Part shown: positions 29,913 through 40,109 of the stretch, one piece after another
Layout of the letters: every line of letters starts with the position of its first letter
Position numbering within the stretch: the stretch's first letter is position 1
Assembly: GCA_051879215.1 (NCBI GenBank)
Contig: JBJELP010000267.1
Location: 5,028-69,027 of the forward strand
Direction of reading: 5' to 3'
From: Lachnospiraceae bacterium
GTDB lineage: Bacteria; Bacillota; Clostridia; Lachnospirales; Lachnospiraceae
DNA: 64,000 nt
Made by a program: the position numbers and the translations under genes
Notes under the pieces: model-generated
What the model was told of the DNA's origin: nothing
Databases searched by the model: none
What the model saw: the letters and a program-made list of their open reading frames with translations, nothing else

Positions 29913-31415
29913 TTAATTCCAGTTCTTCCGTCCATACCGCAGCGTTACCTTATGAATGGTCTGCTGCAGTTCTTCCGTCAATTCTTCCTCTTTCAGTCTC
30001 CATTTCCAGTTTTCTCCGACTGTAGACGGTTTATTCATCCGGCAGCTGTTATCATATCCCAGATAATCCTGCATCGGAATTACACACAGATTGGAGCGAC
30101 TGCGCATAATCAGGCTGATGAATGCCCAGTTCAGTTCTTCATCCGGTGTATAGTGATCGCAGAGATAATCACGTGCCAGTTCACGCTCTTCCTCCTGAAT
30201 ACAGGTAAACCATCCGTTAATGGTTTCATTATCATGAGTACCCGTATATGCCACACTATTTTCCGTATAATTATGAGGCAGATAGTCATTGGCGCATCCG
30301 GAATCACGGGAATCAAAAGCAAATTCCAGAACCTTCATGCCCGGAAATCCGCTTTCCTGAACCAGTCTGCGTACCGAATCCGTCATATAACCCAGATCCT
30401 CCGCAATGACCTCCTTCCATCCAAGCGCACGTTCCACGTGACGGAACAGATCAAGTCCGGGTCCTTTTTCCCAATGGCCGTTCAGAGCGGTAGTTTCTCC
30501 ATACGGAATGGAATAATATTCATCAAATCCACGGAAATGATCAATTCTCACCACATCATACAAGCGGAAACAATGTGCCAGCCTGGAAATCCACCACTGG
30601 TAGCCGGTCTGCCTGTGATATTCCCAGTTGTAAAGGGGATTTCCCCAAAGCTGTCCTACTGCGGAAAAACCATCCGGCGGACATCCCGCCACTGCCGTGG
30701 GAACATTATCCTGATCTAACTGGAACAGCAGCGGATTTGCCCATGCATCTGCACTGTCCATGGACACATAAATCGGAATATCTCCGATCAGCTGAATACC
30801 TTTGGAATTTGCATAGTTTTTCAGCTTTGTCCATTGTTCATAGAATTTAAACTGCAGATATTGCTGAAATTCAATATCAAAGTACAGCTCACGGCGATAA
30901 TAATCCATGGAATATCCCCAGCGCAGACGGATATCTTCCGCCCATTCGCTCCAGGGAGCACCGTCAAATCGATCCTTCACCGCCATAAACAGCGCATAAT
31001 CAGCCAGCCACCAGCGATTTTCATTCAAAAATTTCTGATAATCCGGATTTTCACTGATATTGCTGCGTTCGTAAGCTTTTCTAAGCAGCGGATACCGGCT
31101 CTGATACAGTTTCTCATAGTCAATGCTTCCCGCATCTTCGCCAAAATCAGCTGCGTCACACTCTTCCTGTGTCAGCACGCCTTCCTCCACCAAGGCCTCC
31201 AGACTGATAAAATACGGATTTCCTGCAAAAGTTGAAAATGACTGATAGGGTGAATCCCCATAGCTGGTCGGACCAAGCGGAAGGATCTGCCAGTAAGTCT
31301 GACCGGCTTCTTTCAGCCAGTCAACAAAATCATATGCGTTTCTGGAAAAGCAGCCAATCCCGTAGCGGGACGGCAGACTGGTGATTGAAAGCAAAATACC
31401 TGCTGATCGCTTCAT
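29913..31415 (-). CDS. malQ: 4-alpha-glucanotransferase (amylomaltase, GH77)
   Basis: MKRSAGILLSITSLPSRYGIGCF, WQILPLGPT, RIDHFRGF and TGTHDN motifs. ATG at 31415 follows GAGGAG. Confidence 0.9.
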   Translation of the reverse strand: MKRSAGILLSITSLPSRYGIGCFSRNAYDFVDWLKEAGQTYWQILPLGPTSYGDSPYQSFSTFAGNPYFISLEALVEEGVLTQEECDAADFGEDAGSIDYEKLYQSRYPLLRKAYERSNISENPDYQKFLNENRWWLADYALFMAVKDRFDGAPWSEWAEDIRLRWGYSMDYYRRELYFDIEFQQYLQFKFYEQWTKLKNYANSKGIQLIGDIPIYVSMDSADAWANPLLFQLDQDNVPTAVAGCPPDGFSAVGQLWGNPLYNWEYHRQTGYQWWISRLAHCFRLYDVVRIDHFRGFDEYYSIPYGETTALNGHWEKGPGLDLFRHVERALGWKEVIAEDLGYMTDSVRRLVQESGFPGMKVLEFAFDSRDSGCANDYLPHNYTENSVAYTGTHDNETINGWFTCIQEEERELARDYLCDHYTPDEELNWAFISLIMRSRSNLCVIPMQDYLGYDNSCRMNKPSTVGENWKWRLKEEELTEELQQTIHKVTLRYGRKNWN

Positions 31416-31416
31416 A

Positions 31417-32286
31417 TTACAACTCCTCTCCTGCATCTTTCGTTTCCACCATCACACCATAGTGATCGGAAACCTTTTCATAATATTTTCCATTGCAGAC
31501 CACCTGCGACCGGAGCACCTGCACCGGCCGGCTGCTGAAAATATAATCCAGCCGCATGCCTTTGACGCCTTCACATTCCAGCTCTGATGACCGTTCCTTC
31601 CAACCATCAATCACTTCTTCAACAGTAATCCCGGTATCTTTTTCTTCTGCATTTGCAAATGTATCTCTCCAATCACTCTGAATCACCAGATCATAACCCT
31701 GACCGCGTACAGTAGATGAGCTGTTAAAATCCCCCATTAGCCACACCGGCTGTCCATTCTGTTTCTTATTAAAAAGATATGTCTCCAATCGGTTCCATTG
31801 ACTGGCAAATGGTTCTTCATCATCATCCCACCAGCCCATATGAACTGTATAATACCAACTATTTCCTGTCTGAATTCCCAGTACTTTCCGGGTCTTCCAG
31901 TTGTGATAGTCCTGTAACCGGCTGGTAAAAAACTGCTCTGCTTTTTCAATGGGGCGGCGGCTGAACACCGCCATGCCCTCATCATAGCAATCATATCCAA
32001 GCTTTGCCGGAACCCAGGTCCAGTAATAGAAAAGTCCTTCTTTGAACAAACGCTCTGCAAGCCAGGCTGCATAATTATCCTCTCGCACCGGAACATCAGA
32101 ACCGGGGCAGGGCAGGAAACCTGCAAGCTGTTCTTCGTCCTTTATCGATGCGGCAGCCGTCTGATTGACCTCCTGCATTGCAAAAAGATCCGGCTGCTCC
32201 TTCAGAATCATGCGAGCAAAACATTCTCGTTTGATCTCAAAATCCGGTTCCACCAGACTATGTGTATTCATTGTTAAAAGCTTCAT
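31417..32286 (-). CDS. Endonuclease/exonuclease/phosphatase (EEP)-family protein, MapP-like candidate sugar-phosphate phosphatase
   Basis: MKLLTMNTHS...FAMQEV...GDFN...SDHYGV are the EEP catalytic motifs. ATG at 32286 follows AAGGAGG. It sits between a maltose-type PTS gene and malQ. Confidence 0.7.
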   Translation of the reverse strand: MKLLTMNTHSLVEPDFEIKRECFARMILKEQPDLFAMQEVNQTAAASIKDEEQLAGFLPCPGSDVPVREDNYAAWLAERLFKEGLFYYWTWVPAKLGYDCYDEGMAVFSRRPIEKAEQFFTSRLQDYHNWKTRKVLGIQTGNSWYYTVHMGWWDDDEEPFASQWNRLETYLFNKKQNGQPVWLMGDFNSSSTVRGQGYDLVIQSDWRDTFANAEEKDTGITVEEVIDGWKERSSELECEGVKGMRLDYIFSSRPVQVLRSQVVCNGKYYEKVSDHYGVMVETKDAGEEL

Positions 32287-32402
32287 GATCCTTCCCCTCC
32301 TTTCTGCATCCGGATCCGCTGCCAAATCTCCGCAAGCCTCGATTTGAAAATATTGTAGTCAAAAGCTTCTGACCACATGATACAGACGGATTTCTCCGCG
32401 TT

Positions 32403-34589
32403 TTACAGGATATCGTTGATATCGGATTTTAATACATCAGCCTTCGGACCGTATACCGCCTGAATGCCGTTATCCTTCTTAATAAGTCCCAGTGCACCTT
32501 CTGCCTTCCAGTTCTGCAGATCTGCAACCTTATCCAGATCTTTTACGGTTACACGCAGACGGGTCATGCAGGCATCCACCAGAGTAATATTTTCACGACC
32601 GCCCAGAAGTGCGATGATACGCTCTGCCTGGCTGTTTCCTCCGACCGCTTTTCCTGTTTCCGCACCTGCTGCGCCGCCTTCCTCTGCATTGTCATCCGTA
32701 TAATTGCCAAGGCGTCCGGGAGTTGCGAATTTAAACTTTCCGATCATAAAGTATGCAACAAAATATCCAATTGCGAAGAATGCAGCCACACAGATTGCAA
32801 AATTAACCAGATCGCCTGCCAGTCCTGCTTTTAAAGACATGGGAATTCGGGTCATAAACTCCAGATTTCCGAAAGAATGCAGACGAAGATTGATAATACC
32901 TGCCATTGCAAATGCACAGCCCTGCAGAACCGCATAAACAATATATAACGGCAGCGCACAGAACATGAACATAAATTCCAGAGGCTCTGTTACACCGGTC
33001 AGAAATACTGCTAATACAGTGGATATAAACATGGAACGATAATTTTTCTTCTTATCAGGATCCACTCTGCGGTACATTGCAAGAGCAACACCCAGCAGCA
33101 AACCGGTTGCACCGATCATCTGACCTACCTTAAAGCGGGCAGGAGTTACTGTGGACATCAGGTTTGTATAAGCTGTCATATCACCTGCATCTTTAAAATT
33201 GATCAGGTCTGTAACCCATGCAAGCCACAGCGGATCCTGTCCGAATACCTGAGATCCTGCATTCACACCGGTCATAATCGTATAAGTACCTCCGAAAGAG
33301 GTGTAGTTCATGGGAATCGTCAGCATATGATGCAGACCGAAGGGGAGCAGCAGACGCTCCAGAGTACCGTAAATAAAAGGTGCCAGTACTGGAGAAGTGG
33401 AAGAAGAATTTGCAATCCACACACCGAATGCATTGATGCCGGTCTGAACAACAGGCCAAACCACTGCCAGAACGAAGGAAATGATCACAGACCATGCAAT
33501 TACCACCATAGGAACAAAACGTTTTCCATTGAAGAATGCCAGTGCATCCGGAAGCTTACGGTAATTATAATACTTGTTGTAAATAATACCGCCGGCAAAA
33601 CCTGCAATGATACCAACGAAAACACCCATGTTCAATGCCGGTGCGCCTAAGACAGAAGTGAAATAACCATTAACCAGAATCTCCTGTCCGAACAGGGTAT
33701 GGGTCACTGCATTGGGATCATTCAGCATGGCACTGTCAACACCGAAAATTGCACCGGTGATACAGTTAATCAGAACAAACGCAATGACTGCGGCAAATGC
33801 GCCGCCTGCCCGCTCTTTTGCCCAGGAACCACCAATCGCTACAGCAAACAGGATATGCAGATTGTTAATGATGGCCCAACCGATATTTTCCATAACCCTG
33901 CCGATGGATGCGATCATATTGATGTCAACACCTGCCATCTGCACCAGTTTACCAATACTGATCATCAGACCTGCCGCCGGCATAACAGCAATTACCACCA
34001 TCAGAACCTTGCCCAGCTTCTGCAGGAAATCGAAGTTGATCGGAAATTTCTTCTTTTCTCTGGTTTCCGCCGGCTTTTCTTCGGTTACAGCTGCAGCCTC
34101 TGTTTCAGGCTGTTCTTCCTCCATTCGAATCAGAACATCACCTGCTTTTACAGTACCGGTCTGACCTTTCAGCTTCATATCATCAGCTCCTCCGCATACC
34201 AGTACAGGAGTGATCGGATTAATTCCTTTTTCTTTCAAAAACTTCAGATCTACTTCAGCAATCAAATCCCCTTTTTTTACCTGATCGCCAACTTTTGCAT
34301 GTACCTTGAAACATTCCCCTTTTAAAGACACGGTTTCCAGACCCACGTGTACCAACATCTCCACTCCGTCATCGGAGCAGAAACCAAATGCATGGCAGGT
34401 CTCGGCCACTGAAATGACTTCTCCATTCACCGGGCTGACAATTTTTCCATCTTCCGGAATCACTGCCATACCATCACCAAGAATTTTCTGAGAAAAAACC
34501 GGATCCGGAACCTGTTCCAGTGCAACCGCTTGCCCAGTCAAAGGAGAAACGATTTCCATGTTTTTGCAACACTTACTGCTTTCACTCAT
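32403..34589 (-). CDS. PTS glucose/maltose-family permease with domain order EIIA-EIIC-EIIB
   Basis: N-terminal EIIA-Glc (CHAFGF...MLVHVGLETV), an acidic linker, a polytopic EIIC, and a C-terminal EIIB (DACMTRLRVTVKD). ATG at 34589 sits 7 nt after GGAGG. Confidence 0.85.
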   Translation of the reverse strand: MSESSKCCKNMEIVSPLTGQAVALEQVPDPVFSQKILGDGMAVIPEDGKIVSPVNGEVISVAETCHAFGFCSDDGVEMLVHVGLETVSLKGECFKVHAKVGDQVKKGDLIAEVDLKFLKEKGINPITPVLVCGGADDMKLKGQTGTVKAGDVLIRMEEEQPETEAAAVTEEKPAETREKKKFPINFDFLQKLGKVLMVVIAVMPAAGLMISIGKLVQMAGVDINMIASIGRVMENIGWAIINNLHILFAVAIGGSWAKERAGGAFAAVIAFVLINCITGAIFGVDSAMLNDPNAVTHTLFGQEILVNGYFTSVLGAPALNMGVFVGIIAGFAGGIIYNKYYNYRKLPDALAFFNGKRFVPMVVIAWSVIISFVLAVVWPVVQTGINAFGVWIANSSSTSPVLAPFIYGTLERLLLPFGLHHMLTIPMNYTSFGGTYTIMTGVNAGSQVFGQDPLWLAWVTDLINFKDAGDMTAYTNLMSTVTPARFKVGQMIGATGLLLGVALAMYRRVDPDKKKNYRSMFISTVLAVFLTGVTEPLEFMFMFCALPLYIVYAVLQGCAFAMAGIINLRLHSFGNLEFMTRIPMSLKAGLAGDLVNFAICVAAFFAIGYFVAYFMIGKFKFATPGRLGNYTDDNAEEGGAAGAETGKAVGGNSQAERIIALLGGRENITLVDACMTRLRVTVKDLDKVADLQNWKAEGALGLIKKDNGIQAVYGPKADVLKSDINDIL

Positions 34590-34620
34590 AGTTAAACCTC
34601 CATTTGTTGTGCTTGTCTTA

Positions 34621-34634
34621 CGCAACCGTTTGCA
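34621..34634. promoter_or_regulatory. Candidate LacI-family/cre-type operator (minus-strand reading TGCAAACGGTTGCG)
   Basis: A near-palindrome around a central CG, lying 4 nt downstream of the putative -10 of the PTS promoter. Confidence 0.45.
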
Positions 34635-34637
34635 TTA

Positions 34638-34666
34638 AATATATGATAGTTGCATTGTTTTTGCAA
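34638..34666 (-). promoter_or_regulatory. Candidate sigma-A promoter of the PTS/MapP-like/malQ operon (TTGCAA, 17-nt spacer, TATATT)
   Basis: -35 at 34661-34666 and -10 at 34638-34643, read on the minus strand. Confidence 0.5.
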
Positions 34667-34838
34667 GACTTATTTTAACAATTATTACCACTTCTACTTT
34701 TATAACAAAAACACTCCTCTGTTTTTGTGTATTTTTCCCATTCATTGGATTCCAAGCGTGCTTTATGTTACTGTTTGGGACTGAAATTCCGCTCTGCTGA
34801 ATAGTAAACAAAGTTTGCATAATTTTTGCGCAATAATA

Positions 34839-34867
34839 TTGACTTTATTGCACAACTTTATTACAAT
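34839..34867 (+). promoter_or_regulatory. Candidate sigma-A promoter of the LacI-family regulator (TTGACT, 17-nt spacer, TACAAT)
   Basis: -35 at 34839-34844 and -10 at 34862-34867, about 33 nt upstream of the ATG at 34900. RBS GGAGG. Confidence 0.5.
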
Positions 34868-34899
34868 AGAATTCAATACTTTATGCGGAGGTTATTTCT

Positions 34900-35937
34900 A
34901 TGGCTGTTACAATCAAAGATGTTGCGGCACTTGCAGGTGTCTCCCCATCAACCGTATCACGAACCTGCAAGAACAACCCATCCATCAGTAAAGAAACAAA
35001 AGAAAAAGTCCGGCAGGCAATGGCCGAACTTGGATATGAACCGAATTTTCAGGCAAGCAACCTTGCCTCTCAGAATTCGCGTACAATCGGAATCATTCTT
35101 CCCATCTCTGAAAAAGAGGCCTACGAGAATTCCTTCTATCTGGAGGCAATTCGCGGGATCAGCCAATTCTGCAACCAGCGCCAGTATATTAACACCGTAA
35201 TCACCGGACAGGATGAGGAAGAAATGCTTCAGGCTATCCGAACCATGACCCGCAGCGGACAGGTGGATGGTTTTATTGTCCTGTATTCCAAAAAGCAGGA
35301 TCCCATCCTGGACTATTTATACAGTGAAGGTCTGCTTTACGTCCTGATCGGCAAAGCGTATCAGTTTGCAAATCAGACGATCTACATTGACAATGACAAC
35401 CTGCTGGCAGGACAGGAAGCCACTGAATACCTGTATCAGCTGGGACACAGGAAAATTGCCTATCTGGGAAGTGACCGCACGTTTGTTTTTTCTTCTGACC
35501 GGCAATCCGGTTACCAGACCGCACTTCTGCGCCATGGTATCGTACCCAGACCGGAATACATCGTGGAAATTTCTTCCCTTTTAAAAGATGCCCATGAACG
35601 AATCCGCGAACTTCTTCAATGCGAAGAACGACCCACTGCCATTCTGGTCAGCGACGACATCCTGGCAGTATCCCTCCATCAGGTATGTTGGGAGATGGGA
35701 TTTTCCATTCCCCGGGATCTTTCCATCCTGTCCTTCAATAATTCCCTGTTTGCCCGCCTTACTTCACCACAGCTGACTTCTATCGATGTGAATTCCTTTC
35801 AGCTGGGTATCGAAGCGGCTTCTCAGATGATCAACCACATCGAGAACCCGAATCTGCTGGCGACCAAGATCATCGTCCCCCATTATCTGATTGAACGAAA
35901 CAGCTGTCAGGCTATTGAGGCGGATGAAAACAATTAA
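34900..35937 (+). CDS. LacI-family transcriptional regulator (MalR-like by context)
   Basis: HTH MAVTIKDVAALAGVSPSTVSRTCKN plus a periplasmic-binding-fold sugar domain. Divergent from the PTS operon. Confidence 0.9.
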   Translation: MAVTIKDVAALAGVSPSTVSRTCKNNPSISKETKEKVRQAMAELGYEPNFQASNLASQNSRTIGIILPISEKEAYENSFYLEAIRGISQFCNQRQYINTVITGQDEEEMLQAIRTMTRSGQVDGFIVLYSKKQDPILDYLYSEGLLYVLIGKAYQFANQTIYIDNDNLLAGQEATEYLYQLGHRKIAYLGSDRTFVFSSDRQSGYQTALLRHGIVPRPEYIVEISSLLKDAHERIRELLQCEERPTAILVSDDILAVSLHQVCWEMGFSIPRDLSILSFNNSLFARLTSPQLTSIDVNSFQLGIEAASQMINHIENPNLLATKIIVPHYLIERNSCQAIEADENN

Positions 35938-35940
35938 AAA

Positions 35941-35997
35941 AGAACCGCAGCTCCATTGAAGAATAAAATCCTGTCAATGGAACAGCGGTTCTCTTTT
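35941..35997. terminator. Bidirectional terminator between the LacI-family gene and cstA
   Basis: Long imperfect hairpin GAACCGCAGCTCCATTG...CAATGGAACAGCGGTTC, flanked by an A-run upstream and a T-run downstream. Confidence 0.7.
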
Positions 35998-36020
35998 TTA
36001 TTCTGTTCAATTTTCAGCTA

Positions 36021-37682
36021 TTATGCTGTTTTCTTTTCCAGAAACAATTTCTGAAGCCCCTGTAATGCCACAATCACACCCAGAACCATCAGTGCCACAG
36101 CAAATGCCAGCTGAAGCAGATTGCCTGCGGTGGGTGCAGCAATCAGTGCAATGATTTTCTGCGTCAGGGCAGTCATGGTTACCGCCAGCATGATGATCAT
36201 TGGAATCCACAGCATCCAGCCCTTACGATTTGTCTTCTTAAAGTATACCGCACAGGCAATCAGTGCCAGTGCAGACAGCAGCTGGTTTGCAGAACCAAAA
36301 AGAGGCCAGATATTGGCATAACCTGCTTTTGCAAGGATATACGCCAGAACCAGGGTGATAATGGTTGCAAAATATTTGCTGGTAACTACTTTTCTCCAGG
36401 GTTCCATGTTTTCATCTTCAATGGATGCATCCAGAAACAGTTCCTGGAAGGAAAGACGTCCGATACGTGCAACGGAGTCCAGGCTGGTCAGGGCAAATGC
36501 GGATACTGCCAGATTGATCAAAGTAAAAATAACATTGTGGGGCAGACCCAGTGTGGACAGGAAGTTGGCCACTGCACCTGCAAAAATCTGAGGCGGTGTG
36601 GTGTAGCCTGCCTCCGCTGCTGCACCGACAGCAAAGCTTCCCACTGCAATCAGCGAAATAACACCCAGCATAGATTCCAGCAGCATGGCGCCGAAGGATA
36701 CCGGAAGCATGGCCTTTTCATTGTTGATCTGCTTGGATGCCGTACCGGAAGAAACCAGTGAATGGAAACCGGATACTGCACCACAGGCGATGGTAACAAA
36801 CAGAATCGGGAACATGGAGCCGACACCTTCCACATTGAAACTGGTGAATGCAGGCAGATTAATGGACGGATTGGTGAAGAGAACACCAACCACCGCCATC
36901 ACGATCATGATCACCAGCAGATAACTGTTCAGATAATCACGGGGCTGCAGCAGTGCCCACACAGGAACAATGGATGCAATGGCAATGTATAAAAATACGA
37001 TAATCTGCCAGGTGCTCTTTTCAATGAAAATCGGGAAATTCAGACCAAGAGCCACGCCTGCCACCAGAAGTACAATTGCCAGAATGGTATTCATGGTTTT
37101 TCCCAGTTTTGCAAACCGAAGAACACAGCCCAGTGCAACGGCTTCCAGAATAAACAGAACGGAAGTCATGGCAACGGATCCGTTTGCTGCAATCTTTTCA
37201 CCTTCTGCAGTAAATCCCATAAAGGTACCATCTACCACGTCTGCAAATGCAGCAACTACCAGAATACAGAACAGCCAGCAGAACAGCAGAAACAGCTTCT
37301 TGCCCAGCTTACCAATATATTCTTCAATAATATAACCGATGGTACGGCCTTTATTCTTTACAGAAGCATACATGGCAGAAAAATCCTGTACCGCTCCAAA
37401 GAATACGCCGCCGATCAGCAGCCACAGAAGAACCGGAACCCATCCGAATACAGCAGCCTGTATGGGGCCGTTGATGGGACCTGCACCTGCAATTGATGCA
37501 AACTGATGACCGAACACCACCTGTGTATCGGCCGGTTCATAATCTACGCCGTCGCGAAGTTCGTACGCAGGTGTCTTCGCATCGGGATCAATTCCCCAGG
37601 TCTTGGCCAGCCAGCGGCCATAGACCAGATAACCTGCACCAAGAACTACAATCGCGATTAACATCATAATCAAACCATTCAT
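36021..37682 (-). CDS. cstA: Carbon starvation protein A (CstA-family peptide/pyruvate transporter)
   Basis: Polytopic membrane protein with the typical N-terminus GYLVYGRWLAKTWGIDP and FGHQFASIAGAGPINGP. ATG at 37682 follows GAAGGAGAG. Confidence 0.9.
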   Translation of the reverse strand: MNGLIMMLIAIVVLGAGYLVYGRWLAKTWGIDPDAKTPAYELRDGVDYEPADTQVVFGHQFASIAGAGPINGPIQAAVFGWVPVLLWLLIGGVFFGAVQDFSAMYASVKNKGRTIGYIIEEYIGKLGKKLFLLFCWLFCILVVAAFADVVDGTFMGFTAEGEKIAANGSVAMTSVLFILEAVALGCVLRFAKLGKTMNTILAIVLLVAGVALGLNFPIFIEKSTWQIIVFLYIAIASIVPVWALLQPRDYLNSYLLVIMIVMAVVGVLFTNPSINLPAFTSFNVEGVGSMFPILFVTIACGAVSGFHSLVSSGTASKQINNEKAMLPVSFGAMLLESMLGVISLIAVGSFAVGAAAEAGYTTPPQIFAGAVANFLSTLGLPHNVIFTLINLAVSAFALTSLDSVARIGRLSFQELFLDASIEDENMEPWRKVVTSKYFATIITLVLAYILAKAGYANIWPLFGSANQLLSALALIACAVYFKKTNRKGWMLWIPMIIMLAVTMTALTQKIIALIAAPTAGNLLQLAFAVALMVLGVIVALQGLQKLFLEKKTA

Positions 37683-37794
37683 TGTAATACGCTCTCCTTC
37701 TCTCGGTTCATTATGTAGTGAATTCGGCATAGATTTTAGTCCTTTAACGTGACAGAATCAAGAAAATAGTCGAAATAGGACCGATTTTTACAAT

Positions 37795-38646
37795 TTATTC
37801 TTTCTCCGCCAGATAAGAAATTACACTGTGAGCAGCAATATTTCCCTCTCCCACAGCTTTCGTATACTGATAGGGACGTCCTGTACAGTCACCGCATGCA
37901 AAACATCCCTTTAAGTTGGTGGCCATGGAACGGTCCACTGCAATATGGGCATGATCCAGCTGGATTCCCGGAATCAGACTGGATGGAGCAATGGCATTTC
38001 GCAGACAGAATACACCATCCACTTCAACGGTTTCTCCTGAACGCAGAACCAGAGAGCGAACCTGCATATCTCCCTGGATCATTTTCGGTCTGTCCTTTGA
38101 AATAGCTATATTGTCCCTCTGAACAGCACTGTCAAAGGTAGGATAATAATAAACCTGAGCTGCCAGATCAGACAGATATTCCACTTCATGCTCATATTTG
38201 GGTGAATTACAGATCACTGCAATTTTCTTTCCCCGGTACAGCATGCCGTCACAGGTTGCACAGTAGCTGACGCCTCTGCCCAGATATTCTGTCTCTCCCT
38301 CCAGAACTTTTGCAGACATGACACCCATGGCCAGAATAATAGTTTTGGCTTCATACAGCTCATTGTCCGCAAGAACCATATAATAACCGCCGGCTTCCAT
38401 CACATTGTTTACAGTTTTTTCCGTAATTTCAATACCGGCAGACGCAATATGCTCTTCAAATTTTTCAAACAAACCCTGTCCGCTGATTTCCGGAAAGCCA
38501 GGGTAATTGACAATCTTTTCCGCTTTTCTGATTTTATCGCTCAGCGATCTGGATCCAAACCAGACAAAATTTTTGTTGTAGGTTTTCAGATTGATCGCAG
38601 CGGAAAGTCCCGCCGGACCGGTTCCGATAATAATGCAATCGTACAT
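37795..38646 (-). CDS. Thioredoxin-reductase-like FAD/NAD(P)-dependent oxidoreductase
   Basis: GTGPAG dinucleotide motif, redox-active CATCDG, and a C-terminal GDC...A FAD motif. 283 aa. Confidence 0.75.
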   Translation of the reverse strand: MYDCIIIGTGPAGLSAAINLKTYNKNFVWFGSRSLSDKIRKAEKIVNYPGFPEISGQGLFEKFEEHIASAGIEITEKTVNNVMEAGGYYMVLADNELYEAKTIILAMGVMSAKVLEGETEYLGRGVSYCATCDGMLYRGKKIAVICNSPKYEHEVEYLSDLAAQVYYYPTFDSAVQRDNIAISKDRPKMIQGDMQVRSLVLRSGETVEVDGVFCLRNAIAPSSLIPGIQLDHAHIAVDRSMATNLKGCFACGDCTGRPYQYTKAVGEGNIAAHSVISYLAEKE

Positions 38647-38737
38647 ATTTTTCTCTGCCTCCTGTTTTTCCGTTCATTTATGAAACTTTTCCCGGCTCAT
38701 TCACCGATGGGAGTTTCTCCCGTTCCTTTCCGAGAGA

Positions 38738-40009
38738 TCATTCCAGCATCATTTTGATGATTTCCTTATCCGTCTGATGCATTCCCACTTTTCCTATATA
38801 TCCCACACAGCTTATGGTTTCTCCTGCGTCTTCTTTCAGAATACCGGTATACGCTTCATACTCTTTATTCTGCATGGCCAGATAGTGAGCCATCATGGAA
38901 GCATCCAGACTGGAAGCAATCTTGGCTGCACAGGATATTTTTGCACCATCACAGATAATACCCGGAATATTGGCCAGTGTATTGTCAATGGTTGCCTTGA
39001 TCTGTTCCTTTGTGCCGCCAACCAGATAGGTGATCGCTGCGGCACTGGCACAGGAGGCGGATACTGCACCACAGAATGCAGACAGTTTTCCGATAAATTC
39101 CTTCTGATAGATGGTCAGCAGACTGGAAAAAATCAGGGCACGATACAGACGCTCTGTGGGAATATTATTTTCTCTGGCATACACAATGACCGGAACCGAT
39201 GAAGCAATACCCTGATTGCCGCTGCCGGAATTGATGATAACCGGCATGTCACAGCCTCCCATACGGGCTTCCGATGCGGCTGCTGCGTATGCTTTCATAC
39301 GGGTTACCACACCATCTGCATAGGATTCGCGAATCATTCTTCCGATTCCCAGACCATAATTTCCCGAAATTCCTTCGTATGCAATATCCATATTGCAGCG
39401 AATCTGCCGCTGATAGATCTTGCGGACTTCATCAATGTCCACTTCATCTGCAAAACATCTGATATTGTCCAGTGTCAGGTGGGAACGGTCGGTTGCATGT
39501 CCGGTTTCTGCCTGTTCGTCATTTTTTTCGAATACCGCAGTCCCATTTTTCCGGATGGCAACGATATTGGTGTGGGTATGACGCACTTCCACTTCAACCA
39601 TATCATTTCCCGCATATAAACGGATGATGAAATGAAGGGGAATTTCCGAGTCCAGGAATTCAACTTTACAGCACTTCTGTTCCACCAGTTCTTTTGTAAT
39701 TCTGCGACCCTCATCGCTGACGGATTCCAGTACTTCCATGCCGGCACCGGGATTCCCCTCCGCAGCACCCAGTATGCAGGCTGTTTCAATACCGGTCATG
39801 CCGCCGGAATTCGGGATGGTGACACATCTTACATTTTTAATCATATTTCCGGAACATAACGCATCGATTCGCTCCGGCATTTTTCCCAGTACTTCTCTTC
39901 CCCTTGCAGATGCATAGGCAAGAGCAATGGGTTCCGTACAGCCCATGGCCGGAACCAGTTCCTCCCGGATGATTTTTATAAATTCGTTTTTAATCTCTTT
40001 GCTTAACAT
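38738..40009 (-). CDS. UPF0597 / serine-dehydratase-alpha-like protein (L-cysteine desulfidase family)
   Basis: The N-terminus VPAMGCTEPIALAYASA and the glycine-rich INSGSGNQG are typical of this family. Confidence 0.7.
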   Translation of the reverse strand: MLSKEIKNEFIKIIREELVPAMGCTEPIALAYASARGREVLGKMPERIDALCSGNMIKNVRCVTIPNSGGMTGIETACILGAAEGNPGAGMEVLESVSDEGRRITKELVEQKCCKVEFLDSEIPLHFIIRLYAGNDMVEVEVRHTHTNIVAIRKNGTAVFEKNDEQAETGHATDRSHLTLDNIRCFADEVDIDEVRKIYQRQIRCNMDIAYEGISGNYGLGIGRMIRESYADGVVTRMKAYAAAASEARMGGCDMPVIINSGSGNQGIASSVPVIVYARENNIPTERLYRALIFSSLLTIYQKEFIGKLSAFCGAVSASCASAAAITYLVGGTKEQIKATIDNTLANIPGIICDGAKISCAAKIASSLDASMMAHYLAMQNKEYEAYTGILKEDAGETISCVGYIGKVGMHQTDKEIIKMMLE

Positions 40010-40109
40010 ATTATTTTTACCTGTTCTTCTTTGGATTTCAGGATACTCCTTCTTTTATTCGAATGATTATATTGTACCACATCTGTTCGATAAGGATAAA
40101 TGTTCTTTT

